From Vitreimonas sp. (GTDB lineage Bacteria; Patescibacteriota; Microgenomatia; UBA1400; PJMF01): a stretch of DNA of 64,000 nucleotides. The translations under genes were made by a program, and so were the position numbers. The notes beneath the pieces were generated by a model. That model saw only the letters and a list, made by a program, of their open reading frames with translations. It did no database searches and was not told where the DNA came from. The stretch is taken from the NCBI GenBank assembly GCA_035627515.1, contig DASPLQ010000012.1, forward strand, positions 391,269 to 455,268, written 5' to 3'. How positions within the stretch are numbered: position 1 is the first letter of the stretch; each line of letters opens with the position of its first letter. This document shows positions 1 to 9,406 of this stretch, piece after piece.

Positions 1-899
1 TATTCAACGATTTTAAAAACTCCCACTTCATCAGTGGCACCAAAGCGGTTTTTGATAGCACGCAATAAACGAAGCTGTCCGGTGCGTTCACCACTTAATT
101 CTAAAACTGAGTCCACAATGTGTTCAAGAACCTTAGGCCCAGCGATCGTCCCCTCTTTAGTGACATGACCCACCAAAAACAATGGCACCCCTACGTGTTT
201 AGCGACAGTAGTTAAGCGCTCTGTGGACTCACGAATTTGGCCCACTGAACCTTCAGCACCCATTAAATCAGTGGTGCCCATAGTCTGGATACTATCTACA
301 ATAATCATAAATGGCTGGGTTTCACGGATGGCTGTCACTACTTCATCAACGTCAGTTGAAGTCATAAACACCATGTACTCACCCAAGGCCTTACCCAAAT
401 CTTTTCCAAAACTGCCATTTTTTAAATTGTGTTCATTATTAATAAATCGATTGATCCGTAGTGATATTTGATCTGGACTTTCTTCTCCACAAACATATAA
501 AATTGGTTTGACTTGATCACCACTTTTGAGCTGCTCTGATAAAACCCGAAGCACCATTTGCGTCAGCAAAGTACTCTTTCCAATGCCGGGTTCACCACCA
601 ATTAACATCACGGCACCGGGAACGATTCCACCACCTAAAACACGATCCATTTCCCCCATCCCCGTAGAAAAACGCTGTTTTGGCCGTTTAGCGAGATCGA
701 CCTCTGAAAGCTTAATCACACTTTTAGGATTAACTGGTTTAGCTTGCCCTCCCCCGACCTTGCTTTTAGTTTTTGGCTCGACGACTTTGATTTCTTCCAC
801 CAAGGTGTTCCATTGCCCACAGCTGGTACATTGTCCTTGCCATTTAGAATGACTCTCGCCACAGTTTTGGCAGACAAAAATCGTGGTTGGTTTTGGCAT
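1..899 (-). CDS. radA: DNA repair protein RadA/Sms. The C-terminal part runs off the window start; the N-terminal zinc ribbon and RecA-like ATPase are present.
   Basis: The reverse-complement translation starts MPKPTTIFVCQNCGESHSKWQGQCTSCGQWNT (C4 zinc ribbon). Walker A is GGEPGIGKSTLL, followed by KNRFGATDEVGVF. The ATG is at 897-899 on the minus strand. Confidence 0.85.
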   Translation of the reverse strand, partial: MPKPTTIFVCQNCGESHSKWQGQCTSCGQWNTLVEEIKVVEPKTKSKVGGGQAKPVNPKSVIKLSEVDLAKRPKQRFSTGMGEMDRVLGGGIVPGAVMLIGGEPGIGKSTLLTQMVLRVLSEQLKSGDQVKPILYVCGEESPDQISLRINRFINNEHNLKNGSFGKDLGKALGEYMVFMTSTDVDEVVTAIRETQPFMIIVDSIQTMGTTDLMGAEGSVGQIRESTERLTTVAKHVGVPLFLVGHVTKEGTIAGPKVLEHIVDSVLELSGERTGQLRLLRAIKNRFGATDEVGVFKIVE

Positions 900-956
900 G
901 CCAGCAGTATAGCACTGCCATCTTTAGTGAAGCGTTACAAAAAAGTAAAAAAATTA

Positions 957-1778
957 TTAATTACTACTGACCAGCAGCACTTGCCCCACTTGTAAGTAGT
1001 CTGCAGGTCCCAAACCATTGAGGTCTCGAAGCGTGCTCTCGGTGAGAGCATACTTCTGAGCCAAATACCGAACATTTTCACCTTTGCCGACCACATGGAA
1101 TTTAGAACCTAGAAATGTGTCTGCCCATGCAAACAACTCATCAGTGGCGATGCTACCCTGAGGTAAACGCGACCATTCTGGTTTTTTATTCAACAAATAA
1201 GCCATGAAGGCTTGTTGGGCAGCACTATCCATGCCTTTAACTTGAGCAACGGCTAAAATCACTGCACTATGATCTCCCCACGTTTGGCGACCTTGGCTGC
1301 GGGCTAGCTCAATGGCAGCGGTGATATCTAATGATTGTCCGACGCTAATTAAATCAGGATTGGACAACGTGTTGGCTTGAGCAATATCACGGGCAGTAAG
1401 ATTAAATAAAGCCGCAATCTTGGTTAAATTATCTCCAGGCTGAACAACATATATGGTGGATGGCGGTTTTACTTCCGGTTCTGAATCGGCTGCTTGAGCG
1501 GTACTTATTCCTACTCCAAGGGTTTCCAACCACTGGTCAGCTTGCCAGACTGCCGCACTTCCCTGGCGACTCCACCACTCTACTTCTCGCTCTAAATCAA
1601 AACCATGCCGGTGGGCATGAAAAGAGAGCGAGCTACCAACTGCAGATAAAAGTAATAAGTGGAAACAATAGCGAGCAAAATTGAGGTGCCTTTTGCCCCC
1701 AGAAAGTTCTGGCCCTCCTGTGACAGGAGCCAGTCGGGTAGGCAGCACTTCGCGACACCTCAGACTACTTATATTCAT
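957..1778 (-). CDS. LysM domain-containing secreted/membrane protein
   Basis: Two LysM-like modules (YVVQPGDNLTKIAALFNLTARDIAQAN...SVGQSL and VRYLAQKYALTESTLRDLNGL...VGQVLLV). There is an N-terminal hydrophobic segment. The true start may be internal. Confidence 0.6.
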   Translation of the reverse strand: MNISSLRCREVLPTRLAPVTGGPELSGGKRHLNFARYCFHLLLLSAVGSSLSFHAHRHGFDLEREVEWWSRQGSAAVWQADQWLETLGVGISTAQAADSEPEVKPPSTIYVVQPGDNLTKIAALFNLTARDIAQANTLSNPDLISVGQSLDITAAIELARSQGRQTWGDHSAVILAVAQVKGMDSAAQQAFMAYLLNKKPEWSRLPQGSIATDELFAWADTFLGSKFHVVGKGENVRYLAQKYALTESTLRDLNGLGPADYLQVGQVLLVSSN

Positions 1779-1852
1779 TAGTCCGGCTTTTTTGCCGATG
1801 AGGTATTCTACTGCCAGAAATTAATGTATGCAATAGATGAGTAAAAAAAGCC

Positions 1853-3133
1853 TTAATAAATGACTCTGACTTCTTTTTCTTTATCCATGACTTTAGGCGT
1901 CTGCTGATACACTACTGCTAATGCCCCACGGTAAACATAGTTTTCTGGTAAGTTGAGGGTAGAGGGTGTTTTCGTAAAGTACTCAGGTTCATACTTTCCA
2001 AAAAAGGCTACTAATTTTTGCCAGGCTCGGTGTTGATTCAGTTTGGTCGCCTCTACACGTTTCCCATGATAATACTCATACACCTGATAGACTCGGCATA
2101 ATTTAGTTACCTCATGGCGCAGATCTTGGCCCGGACTAAAAAGATACAAAGAAATATTGGCATTCGGAGGTAACGTATCTGTCCTTCTGAATTGATACTG
2201 TTCTACAGCGTGTTTGTGTAAGTCGTGTTTAATAACTTCATCAACTAAGAACTCGAAGAAGTCTCGTGCTGGTGTGTGTTCAACACCCTCGATCTGCACA
2301 TCACTGGGACCAAAATTAGGGCCGCTCAAGTCATTGAAAATGTCTCTCAATGGCGGTGGGAATTTTTCAATATGGTCAGCAGTATGTTCCACTACAAAAT
2401 GAAAAAAATAACTTTCCCAGTGGTCAAATTTTGATTTGACATCACTCCAATCATGATTTCGCAGGTTATCAGGCTTGGGTTTATATTTACCACGTCCCCC
2501 CTCAGTTTTAATCAAGTATTCTTCATCTTTTTCTAAGATATGAAAAACTACCTGCTTGAGTAATTCTGAAAATCTTTTCTCTGAGTTGTTCTGCTGGGAC
2601 TTTTCATAACCACTTCTAAATTCGGTGACGGCATTTTTGGCGGCTCTATTTACCCCTTGGCCAGCGGGTATCTTTTCAAAGGCCACAGAAAGTTCATCGT
2701 CTCCACTTGGTCGAGCATTTGCTTGAGCAGTAAGGACAGCAATGGGGGCGTGAAAGCGAGTTTCACCACCGGTCATTAGTTTAGCGAATTTGTCAGCCAT
2801 AGCAGTGGGCAAGAAACTATATGTTTTTTCAAGAGTGCTCGCAGTCAATGCCCATGCATCATCTACACCCACAACCCCAGTCATCATTTCATTAATCTGG
2901 GCCACTAATAACGCTTCCACTGCGTCACGCTCTGGTTGGTTACCAGGGTCGCCAAAATATAAGTTTGGTAAATAATAACTTATTAGTTCTGCTACCTGAG
3001 AAGTAACTTCGAGTTTGCCCTGGCTGACAGCAAATGACCAAAAAATAGCTTGTGATGTTTCGCGAACTTTTTTCTTGAGTTCTACTGCTGGATCATGGTC
3101 AGGTTGCTCTCCGACTTCATCTTCTTTAAACAT
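1853..3133 (-). CDS. hypothetical protein (426 aa)
   Basis: Long ORF with no family recognised from sequence. Confidence 0.5.
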   Translation of the reverse strand: MFKEDEVGEQPDHDPAVELKKKVRETSQAIFWSFAVSQGKLEVTSQVAELISYYLPNLYFGDPGNQPERDAVEALLVAQINEMMTGVVGVDDAWALTASTLEKTYSFLPTAMADKFAKLMTGGETRFHAPIAVLTAQANARPSGDDELSVAFEKIPAGQGVNRAAKNAVTEFRSGYEKSQQNNSEKRFSELLKQVVFHILEKDEEYLIKTEGGRGKYKPKPDNLRNHDWSDVKSKFDHWESYFFHFVVEHTADHIEKFPPPLRDIFNDLSGPNFGPSDVQIEGVEHTPARDFFEFLVDEVIKHDLHKHAVEQYQFRRTDTLPPNANISLYLFSPGQDLRHEVTKLCRVYQVYEYYHGKRVEATKLNQHRAWQKLVAFFGKYEPEYFTKTPSTLNLPENYVYRGALAVVYQQTPKVMDKEKEVRVIY

Positions 3134-3189
3134 ACTGTTAGTTTATTCCTTTCCTAGTCCGTGTTCAAATCCAAGCTCGTAATCCAGAT

Positions 3190-3230
3190 CACAAAAAACG
3201 CCCATCCGAAAATGAGCGTTTCTTTTTTTA
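3190..3230 (-). terminator. Rho-independent terminator after the 3246..4007 gene
   Basis: Stem AAACGC/GCGTTT with loop CCATCCGAAAATGA. On the minus strand the stem is followed by TTTTTTGT. Confidence 0.5.
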
Positions 3231-3245
3231 CGTGCTGTGTGCAAC

Positions 3246-4007
3246 TTAAATCGTCATCGCCAACGCAACTTCGGGCTCAGTGCCGTCGACATTGACGGTA
3301 TACACATTTTTGCCTTTAGCTAAGAGGTCGAGCGTGACGCCGGTTTGAGCATCGAGTGCAGCTAATAACTCGCCAGGGGTAAGAGCGATGCCTTGAGCCA
3401 TGATGAATTTTTCCAGCTCAGCTACCATTTTTTCATCTCGAGTGCGGTCATAAATAAAGAATTGGCTACTGGGTTCATCGGCATCCCAAGAGTTAACAGT
3501 TTTCTGCGTCCCCATGACTTGTAAAACTCCCACTTCGGCATGATCACCACCCAAGTTGACTAAGTGCGTAGGATGAGCCGCGCCATCTTCAATACTTTTG
3601 CGCAGGAGTGCTACTAATTGTTTGATGTCCTCAGCTTCTACTCCATAGCGATCAGCAAACATCACGGCTTTGGCACAGTGTCCACAACCGACAATTGGCC
3701 CCTCACCAGCGGCGTGGTGATCACTTTCAATCGGATCGACGTGTTGGTCAGTATGCCATGCATACTGGCGACCTTGGGATTGTGCAAAGTCATACACCCA
3801 TTGAAAAGCTTGATCCACACCGATATTTAGCTCTGGTCGATCTTTTTTAATCTTCAACAATGCTTCGCTGTAACCAGCATCCGCACCTGGTCGAGCCACG
3901 GCTCCCTGATCTTGATCGGTGGTGTAACGACCATCAACACACTTAATGACAGAGTTATTGGCAGGTACAGTGTTGCGAGCGATGTGATTTAAAACAGCTT
4001 GATCCAT
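3246..4007 (-). CDS. hypothetical protein (253 aa) with CVDGR and GCGHC motifs
   Basis: Long ORF. It has a CxDxR motif (IKCVDGRYT) and a Cys-His cluster (VGCGHCAKA). No confident family assignment. Confidence 0.5.
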   Translation of the reverse strand: MDQAVLNHIARNTVPANNSVIKCVDGRYTTDQDQGAVARPGADAGYSEALLKIKKDRPELNIGVDQAFQWVYDFAQSQGRQYAWHTDQHVDPIESDHHAAGEGPIVGCGHCAKAVMFADRYGVEAEDIKQLVALLRKSIEDGAAHPTHLVNLGGDHAEVGVLQVMGTQKTVNSWDADEPSSQFFIYDRTRDEKMVAELEKFIMAQGIALTPGELLAALDAQTGVTLDLLAKGKNVYTVNVDGTEPEVALAMTI

Positions 4008-4091
4008 AGAAGAGTTCCTTAGAGAGATATTTTATATTGGCTGAACACCGGCATTTTAACGCGTTCACAGATACAGTTCAATCTTGAGAAA

Positions 4092-4135
4092 CTAAAACCC
4101 CGACCATCCGCCAGCTGGTAGAAAATCGGGGTTCA
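4092..4135 (-). terminator. Rho-independent terminator after the 4151..5329 gene
   Basis: Stem CCCCGA/TCGGGG, followed on the minus strand by TTTTAGTTT. The loop again contains CCATCCG and GAAAAT. Confidence 0.5.
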
Positions 4136-4150
4136 GAAACAAACCAAAAA

Positions 4151-5329
4151 TTAAGCAGCAAAGGGCACAAACTCTGCTTGATTATCAGCCACATTCACTA
4201 GATAGATGCCACCAAAAACACTCAGTGGTTTCATTTCATTTTTAAATTGCGTTGTCTGCATTAGCTCAATAACATCTTGAGCATGCTGAGCATCGTCAAC
4301 GGCTACAATCACTCTTTCGGCACTCTTAAAGTTAGCATTATGAGCATGACCAAAGGTGTCAGGTTCTACGTGCTGAGCATTGTGGCTGATGGCATACCAG
4401 AGTTCACTGAAAGCTGCCATTAATCTGTCTTTACTCACTGCAGCAGCATTAAAATCGTTGTTATATCCCTCTCCCACTGTTCGATTTAAAATGACGCCAT
4501 CAGGATAGGATGCAACCTTGGGACCATATGACAACACAAGCGTAGCTGGATCTTGATGCTCATGTTTCCATTTTTCTATCTTAGGCATCTCGATTGAGGT
4601 AGTAATGGCCCCATCACCATTCTCAGCCAGATGAACCATCTTGGCTTTGTGGTCATAATAGCCACCAACTACGGGAATAGCTCCATAGCCCAACTTCGCC
4701 AGCATTTGTTGAGTTTGGAGTGTAGCTTGAATCTCATTTTCTAAAATGTCAGGCTGTAACTCCGCGACAGTCAAAATGAGCTGACGAGGAAAACCTGTCT
4801 GAGTCGATAACTCTGCTGCGTGCTGAGCTGCTTCTGGATCACCCACTAATCCCTTCAAACCAGGATTTTTGCGAGCGACTGCGCGAGCACCACACGTTTC
4901 GCCAGTTGAGGTGTCTCCCTGATTAACCCGAGCTTCAATTTCCTCTGTTGAGCCATGTTGGGTCACCATCACTACAAACTTATTATGATCAACACCTTCT
5001 TGAAGATAATTTGAAATCACAGCATGAAGCATATCTATAGAAGGTACACCGCCGCCAATGGCTGGAATGAATTGAAAAACAGTTTGTTTACCATCAACCC
5101 CATGGATGCCCGTAGGCACATCAACACGTGAGTCATCACAACCAATAAAAAACACTAACTTATCAGCACTTTTAGCTTGTTCAATATGTTTGCGCATTCT
5201 TTCATTTACTAAAGCAATTTCCCCGAGCAATCCAACTTCTTCTCGAATAACTGCGCCACGCTCATTTGTTCTTTGTGTTACTTGATGAAGATCATACGCA
5301 TCATGACCTGCTTCCGCTTTTGCCACCAT
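4151..5329 (-). CDS. hypothetical protein (392 aa) with a CDDSRVDVP motif. A beta-carbonic-anhydrase-like resemblance is weak.
   Basis: IGCDDSRVDVPTGI resembles the CxDSRVxPE zinc-ligand motif of beta-CA. The canonical HxxCG is absent. Instead there is VMVTQHGS followed 17 residues later by ETCGARAVA. Confidence 0.5.
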   Translation of the reverse strand: MVAKAEAGHDAYDLHQVTQRTNERGAVIREEVGLLGEIALVNERMRKHIEQAKSADKLVFFIGCDDSRVDVPTGIHGVDGKQTVFQFIPAIGGGVPSIDMLHAVISNYLQEGVDHNKFVVMVTQHGSTEEIEARVNQGDTSTGETCGARAVARKNPGLKGLVGDPEAAQHAAELSTQTGFPRQLILTVAELQPDILENEIQATLQTQQMLAKLGYGAIPVVGGYYDHKAKMVHLAENGDGAITTSIEMPKIEKWKHEHQDPATLVLSYGPKVASYPDGVILNRTVGEGYNNDFNAAAVSKDRLMAAFSELWYAISHNAQHVEPDTFGHAHNANFKSAERVIVAVDDAQHAQDVIELMQTTQFKNEMKPLSVFGGIYLVNVADNQAEFVPFAA

Positions 5330-5433
5330 AGTGCCTCCTTAAAAGTTAGTTGTGCGTCCGCATTCTACTTCACGGATACGCCACAAATCAACCCCAGAGC
5401 AGGTAAGAAATAATTCACACTAAAGAGGAAAAA

Positions 5434-6060
5434 TTACCCGGCGATGTAACCAAATTTTTCGAGCACAGCGCGGTTTTTGGCAGCGACTTTTTCACCGAGT
5501 TCGCCGGCTTCTTCAAAACCAATTTTGAGCTTTTCGCCTCGGTTAAGTTTGGTATAAAAATCAACTTGCGTTTTGATAATTTCTTCAGCCAGTTGTGGTT
5601 TGAGACTACTCACCCATTCAGCTGATATTACATAACAACCTAAGTTGTAGGTCTGTTCACCACCAGCTAAGGTAAAGCAAATTTTGTTAGCAATGTGGAT
5701 ACCACGAGGTCGCACCATGTGACCTTTGATACCTTCCACTAATTGTCGGGGATCAGCAAAGGGCAAAAAGCCCGCATAGGTCAATTTTTCTAAATCAGCT
5801 GAAGCTTGGACGTGTTGCTGCGCACTGGCATTGACTTGTTCCCAGTTGGAAAGCTCTAATTGTTCTTTAATCCAATCACTTTCCTCATGAGCAGCAATTG
5901 AAAGATCATCACCCAATAATTTTTTGAGTGCTGACACTATTTCTGAGAAACCTTTGAGACGGAAACCTGCGCCCACCACGCCTAATCGCGTTCCTTCGTT
6001 AATTTGTACACCTTCGTCACCACATGTAATTACGTATTTTTTAGGAGTATCCATAGACAT
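5434..6060 (-). CDS. hypothetical protein (208 aa)
   Basis: Long ORF with no recognised family. Confidence 0.5.
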   Translation of the reverse strand: MSMDTPKKYVITCGDEGVQINEGTRLGVVGAGFRLKGFSEIVSALKKLLGDDLSIAAHEESDWIKEQLELSNWEQVNASAQQHVQASADLEKLTYAGFLPFADPRQLVEGIKGHMVRPRGIHIANKICFTLAGGEQTYNLGCYVISAEWVSSLKPQLAEEIIKTQVDFYTKLNRGEKLKIGFEEAGELGEKVAAKNRAVLEKFGYIAG

Positions 6061-6124
6061 ATTATACCATAAATCAAGCTAATTTTAGCTTTTTTGCCTG
6101 GTAATTTTACGAAAGAAAGCTGTA

Positions 6125-6152
6125 AAAAAGCCCCGCAGAGCAGGGCTTTTTG
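6125..6152 (-). terminator. Rho-independent terminator (bidirectional-looking hairpin)
   Basis: AAAAAGCCCCGCAGAGCAGGGCTTTTT. A GC-rich stem is flanked by an A-run and a T-run, downstream of the small minus-strand ORF. Confidence 0.5.
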
Positions 6153-6172
6153 TCTTCTTCATTTACGAAAAA

Positions 6173-6343
6173 TTACTCGTCTTGACTTGCTAAATCGGTC
6201 ATCCCGCGCACCGAGTCGAGATAAGCACGCATGTCTTGCTCAACTTTTTCCCAATCGCCATTGGCTTCACGGATCGCGTTGAACAATAAATCCATGTCGA
6301 TTAACAATTGATCATCGGTCACAATCATTCTCTGTTTTGCCAT
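6173..6343 (-). CDS. small hypothetical protein (56 aa). It was missed by the 60-aa ORF track.
   Basis: The reverse-complement ORF reads MAKQRMIVTDDQLLIDMDLLFNAIREANGDWEKVEQDMRAYLDSVRGMTDLASQDE. It is followed by a terminator hairpin and fills the gap between flanking genes. Confidence 0.3.
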   Translation of the reverse strand: MAKQRMIVTDDQLLIDMDLLFNAIREANGDWEKVEQDMRAYLDSVRGMTDLASQDE

Positions 6344-6386
6344 GTGGTTCCTTATCTAGTGACTCACTTCTAATTAGTAGTACTGT

Positions 6387-7640
6387 TTATTTATACCCGA
6401 CTGGCAACTCAGTGAGAATCAGACTTAAACTCATCCGGCGTTGATCAGCATCGACACTTTCCACAGTCACGGTGACTTTGTCACTCTTTTGGAATGTCGT
6501 ATCAGGTGTCAATTTGCTGGAGTGAATCAAGCCGTCTACGCCTGGTTCCACATTTACAAATACACCGAAGGGCTCCACACGAGTGACGGTCCCTTCAAAA
6601 GTAGTGCCCACTGGGTAACGATCAGAAATACCTTGCCAAGGATCATTACTCAATTGTTTCATCGATAAGTTGAGCTTGCCAGTTTGGTCATCGACACCCA
6701 AGACTTTGACCTGAATGCGATCGCCAACCTTGTGATAATCTTTAGGATTATTGACTTTTTCCCAACTAATTTCAGAAATGTGGACTAAACCTTCGACTAA
6801 ACCATTGCTATCACTACCTTCGACAGGTACTTCTACGGTCACGAATAAACCGAAGTGCATCACACCCGAGACAGTACCCCAGTATGATTCACCAGATTTA
6901 ACTGATTCTAAAGCTTTAGCGCGTTGAGCCAATTCTTTAGCTTCAGAGACGTGACGTTCAGAAAAGATGAGGCGGTTTTTTTCACGATCAACTTCAATTG
7001 CTTTGACTTTGAGCGTCTCACCTTTAAGTTTATTGATGTTACCCATGAATTGTTTGCCAAATTGGCTGGAAGGCACAAAGCCTCGTACGCCATTGACGAC
7101 CACGATCAAGCCGCCCTTATTGACTTCTACGCCTTTGGCATCGAGGACTTCGTCCTTGGCCATGGCATCTAAGAAGTACTGCCACTTGGCATCCATGGCA
7201 GCTTGTTTGAGTGATAATAAAACTTGACCCTTATCATTTTCGGAAGATAACACGATGGCTTCGACTTTATCACCAGGCTTGAGCTGGTCGATGTAATCAG
7301 CAGCCATTTCGTATTCTTTGTCAGTGACGACACCTTCAGTTTTGGAACCAATGTCCACTAACAAGGTTTTCTTTTGTTTACCAGTCACAGCACCAACGAC
7401 GTTGGTACCTTTTTTGGGGACGATAATTTGGTAATTTGTACTGGCTAGGAGGTCAGCCATGGTTTGCGGCTTTTTGCTTAAGCTCTTGCTTGAATCCGCA
7501 GTCTTTTCAGTTTTTTCAACTTTATCAGCTTTGTCTGCTTTCGCGACTTTGTCGGCTGTAGGAGCCTTATCGGCTTTTTCAGCTTTGACGGTCTTGTCAG
7601 CAGCTTTTTTTGTTACTTTTTTGTCTTGTGCGTCTACCAT
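6387..7640 (-). CDS. rpsA: 30S ribosomal protein S1 with an N-terminal Lys/Ala-rich repeat tail
   Basis: Repeated S1 domains (GTTFEGTVTRVEPFGVFVNV and GESYWGTVSGVMHFGLFVTV). The start is taken at MVDAQDKK (7640) rather than the upstream in-frame ATG at 7685. The N-terminal tail is KKAADKTVKAEKADKAPTADKVAKADKADKVEKTEK. Confidence 0.75.
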   Translation of the reverse strand: MVDAQDKKVTKKAADKTVKAEKADKAPTADKVAKADKADKVEKTEKTADSSKSLSKKPQTMADLLASTNYQIIVPKKGTNVVGAVTGKQKKTLLVDIGSKTEGVVTDKEYEMAADYIDQLKPGDKVEAIVLSSENDKGQVLLSLKQAAMDAKWQYFLDAMAKDEVLDAKGVEVNKGGLIVVVNGVRGFVPSSQFGKQFMGNINKLKGETLKVKAIEVDREKNRLIFSERHVSEAKELAQRAKALESVKSGESYWGTVSGVMHFGLFVTVEVPVEGSDSNGLVEGLVHISEISWEKVNNPKDYHKVGDRIQVKVLGVDDQTGKLNLSMKQLSNDPWQGISDRYPVGTTFEGTVTRVEPFGVFVNVEPGVDGLIHSSKLTPDTTFQKSDKVTVTVESVDADQRRMSLSLILTELPVGYK

Positions 7641-8078
7641 AGGCACGAAATCCCCTTTCTTGAGAGATGGGAGGAAGTATATCACATCTGGTGGAGTTTG
7701 ATGCTGGGAGATTTAAAGCTGTTTCTGATAATCATTTAAGAAGTCTTGATTATTTACTGCGAAAAAATGCTGTAGCTGAACTCAAGCATGTGCACTTCCT
7801 GGAACAGATCTTGCTTCCAGGGGAAATGCTACTGTAAGGACTTTTAGTAATGATACAGTAAGCAACTACCTTGTGTTTATTTGTGTTGTCGCACAGCTAA
7901 ACCTTCAGAAAAAGCGGCTCAAGCTAAAACCCACAATACTGATCATTTTAGATATTCATCAAAGCAATTTAAGCCCTTCTACGCTTTAGTATATGACACC
8001 CCTGAAGTATGGGTGGAAAACATTGATCTAGAGTTCCCCCTATTAGACCCTACACACGAAATATGATAGTCTGAAGCG

Positions 8079-9359
8079 ATGCAACTTCGCCTTCCTCAAC
8101 CTCAAGATGTTCAGGGTAAAACCGTGTTGGTGCGGGTGGATTACAACGTGCCACTCGTCGAAGATCCAGATCACGCTGGACAGCGCCGAGTAGGCGATGA
8201 CCAACGCGTGCAAGCTTCGTTGCGCACCCTGCATTTCCTCCGCGAACACCAAGCCAAAATCATTCTTATATCTCACCTCGGTCGACCCAAAGGCGCACCT
8301 ACCCCAGAGTTTAGTTTGCAACCTGTTGCCCACCACTTAAGCGAGGTATTGACGCAACCAGTGGGTTTTGTGGATGACTGTGTGGGTGAAACAGTGACCA
8401 CTGCTGTGGGCGCGCTTCAACCTGGCCAGATCCTGCTTCTCGAAAACCTCCGCTTTCATGCTGAAGAAAAAGCCAACGACCCCAATTTTGCTCGCCGGCT
8501 TGTCAGTAGCACCGGGGCTGAGATCTATATCAATGAGGCTTTTTCCGCCTGCCACCGGGCGCACGCGTCCACCGAAGGCGTGACTCACTTGCTACCAAGC
8601 TTTGCCGGCTTTGCCCTCCAAGACGAAGTCACTGCACTCAGTACAGTTATCGACAACCCAGCCCGCCCGTTTGTGGTGGTCATTGGCGGTGCCAAAATCT
8701 CTGACAAAGTCGAGGCCGTGGTCAACCTTGCCCATCTGGCAGATGTTGTTCTCCTTGGTGGTGGCGTCGCTAACACCTTCCTCAAAGCTGACGGTCTCGA
8801 AATTCACAAATCATATCTCCAAGATGCTCCCGCTGATCTCAAGAAAAAAGGCATCGATTACGTCCACGTCGCTCAAGATTTACTCTCCGAAACCAAACTT
8901 GAAAAAGTCTGGTTGGATGGCTTTATTCCCCTGCCTAAAATTTTGTATCCGCTCGATTTAGTGGCCGCGCCAGCGCTCGACTCAACCACCACACAAACTG
9001 TCGATCTCACCCACGACGCCGCCGACACACCCAACGATCAAGAATTAATGTATTTGGATATTGGCCCTAAAACCATTCACCTCTACGAAGCGCTCCTCAA
9101 AGACGCTCAAACTATTTTTTGGAATGGCCCCATGGGGGTCTTTGAACAACCTCAGTTTGCAACTGGCACCAAAGCCATTGCGACCGCGATTGCCAACAAT
9201 CCTCACACCACTGTCTTGGGTGGAGGAGATACTTTGGCGGCCGTCGCTGCCACTGGGGTAGAAAGCAAGTTTAAATACATTTCTACCGCCGGCGGCGCCT
9301 CACTCGAGTTCTTAGCTGGTAAGCAGCTCCCTGGTTTGGCGCCCCTGCAAATCCAGTAA
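8079..9359 (+). CDS. pgk: phosphoglycerate kinase
   Basis: N-terminus GKTVLVRVDYNVPL, then ISHLGRPKG, and full-length collinearity with PGK (426 aa). Confidence 0.9.
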   Translation: MQLRLPQPQDVQGKTVLVRVDYNVPLVEDPDHAGQRRVGDDQRVQASLRTLHFLREHQAKIILISHLGRPKGAPTPEFSLQPVAHHLSEVLTQPVGFVDDCVGETVTTAVGALQPGQILLLENLRFHAEEKANDPNFARRLVSSTGAEIYINEAFSACHRAHASTEGVTHLLPSFAGFALQDEVTALSTVIDNPARPFVVVIGGAKISDKVEAVVNLAHLADVVLLGGGVANTFLKADGLEIHKSYLQDAPADLKKKGIDYVHVAQDLLSETKLEKVWLDGFIPLPKILYPLDLVAAPALDSTTTQTVDLTHDAADTPNDQELMYLDIGPKTIHLYEALLKDAQTIFWNGPMGVFEQPQFATGTKAIATAIANNPHTTVLGGGDTLAAVAATGVESKFKYISTAGGASLEFLAGKQLPGLAPLQIQ

Positions 9360-9406
9360 CCTGATTTCAAATTGCTCTCCACTCTCAAACCAGTCATAAT
9401 GATTAC

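Noticed and set aside
4151-5329. Confident call as beta-carbonic anhydrase
   Set aside because: Only the first zinc-ligand motif (CxDSRV) is present and the HxxC motif is not contiguous. It is kept as hypothetical.
7820-7860. Hairpin CCTGGAA-N10-TTCCAGG in the rpsA/pgk divergent spacer, as a terminator
   Set aside because: It lies upstream of both divergent genes, so it cannot terminate either. It is possibly regulatory but unsupported.
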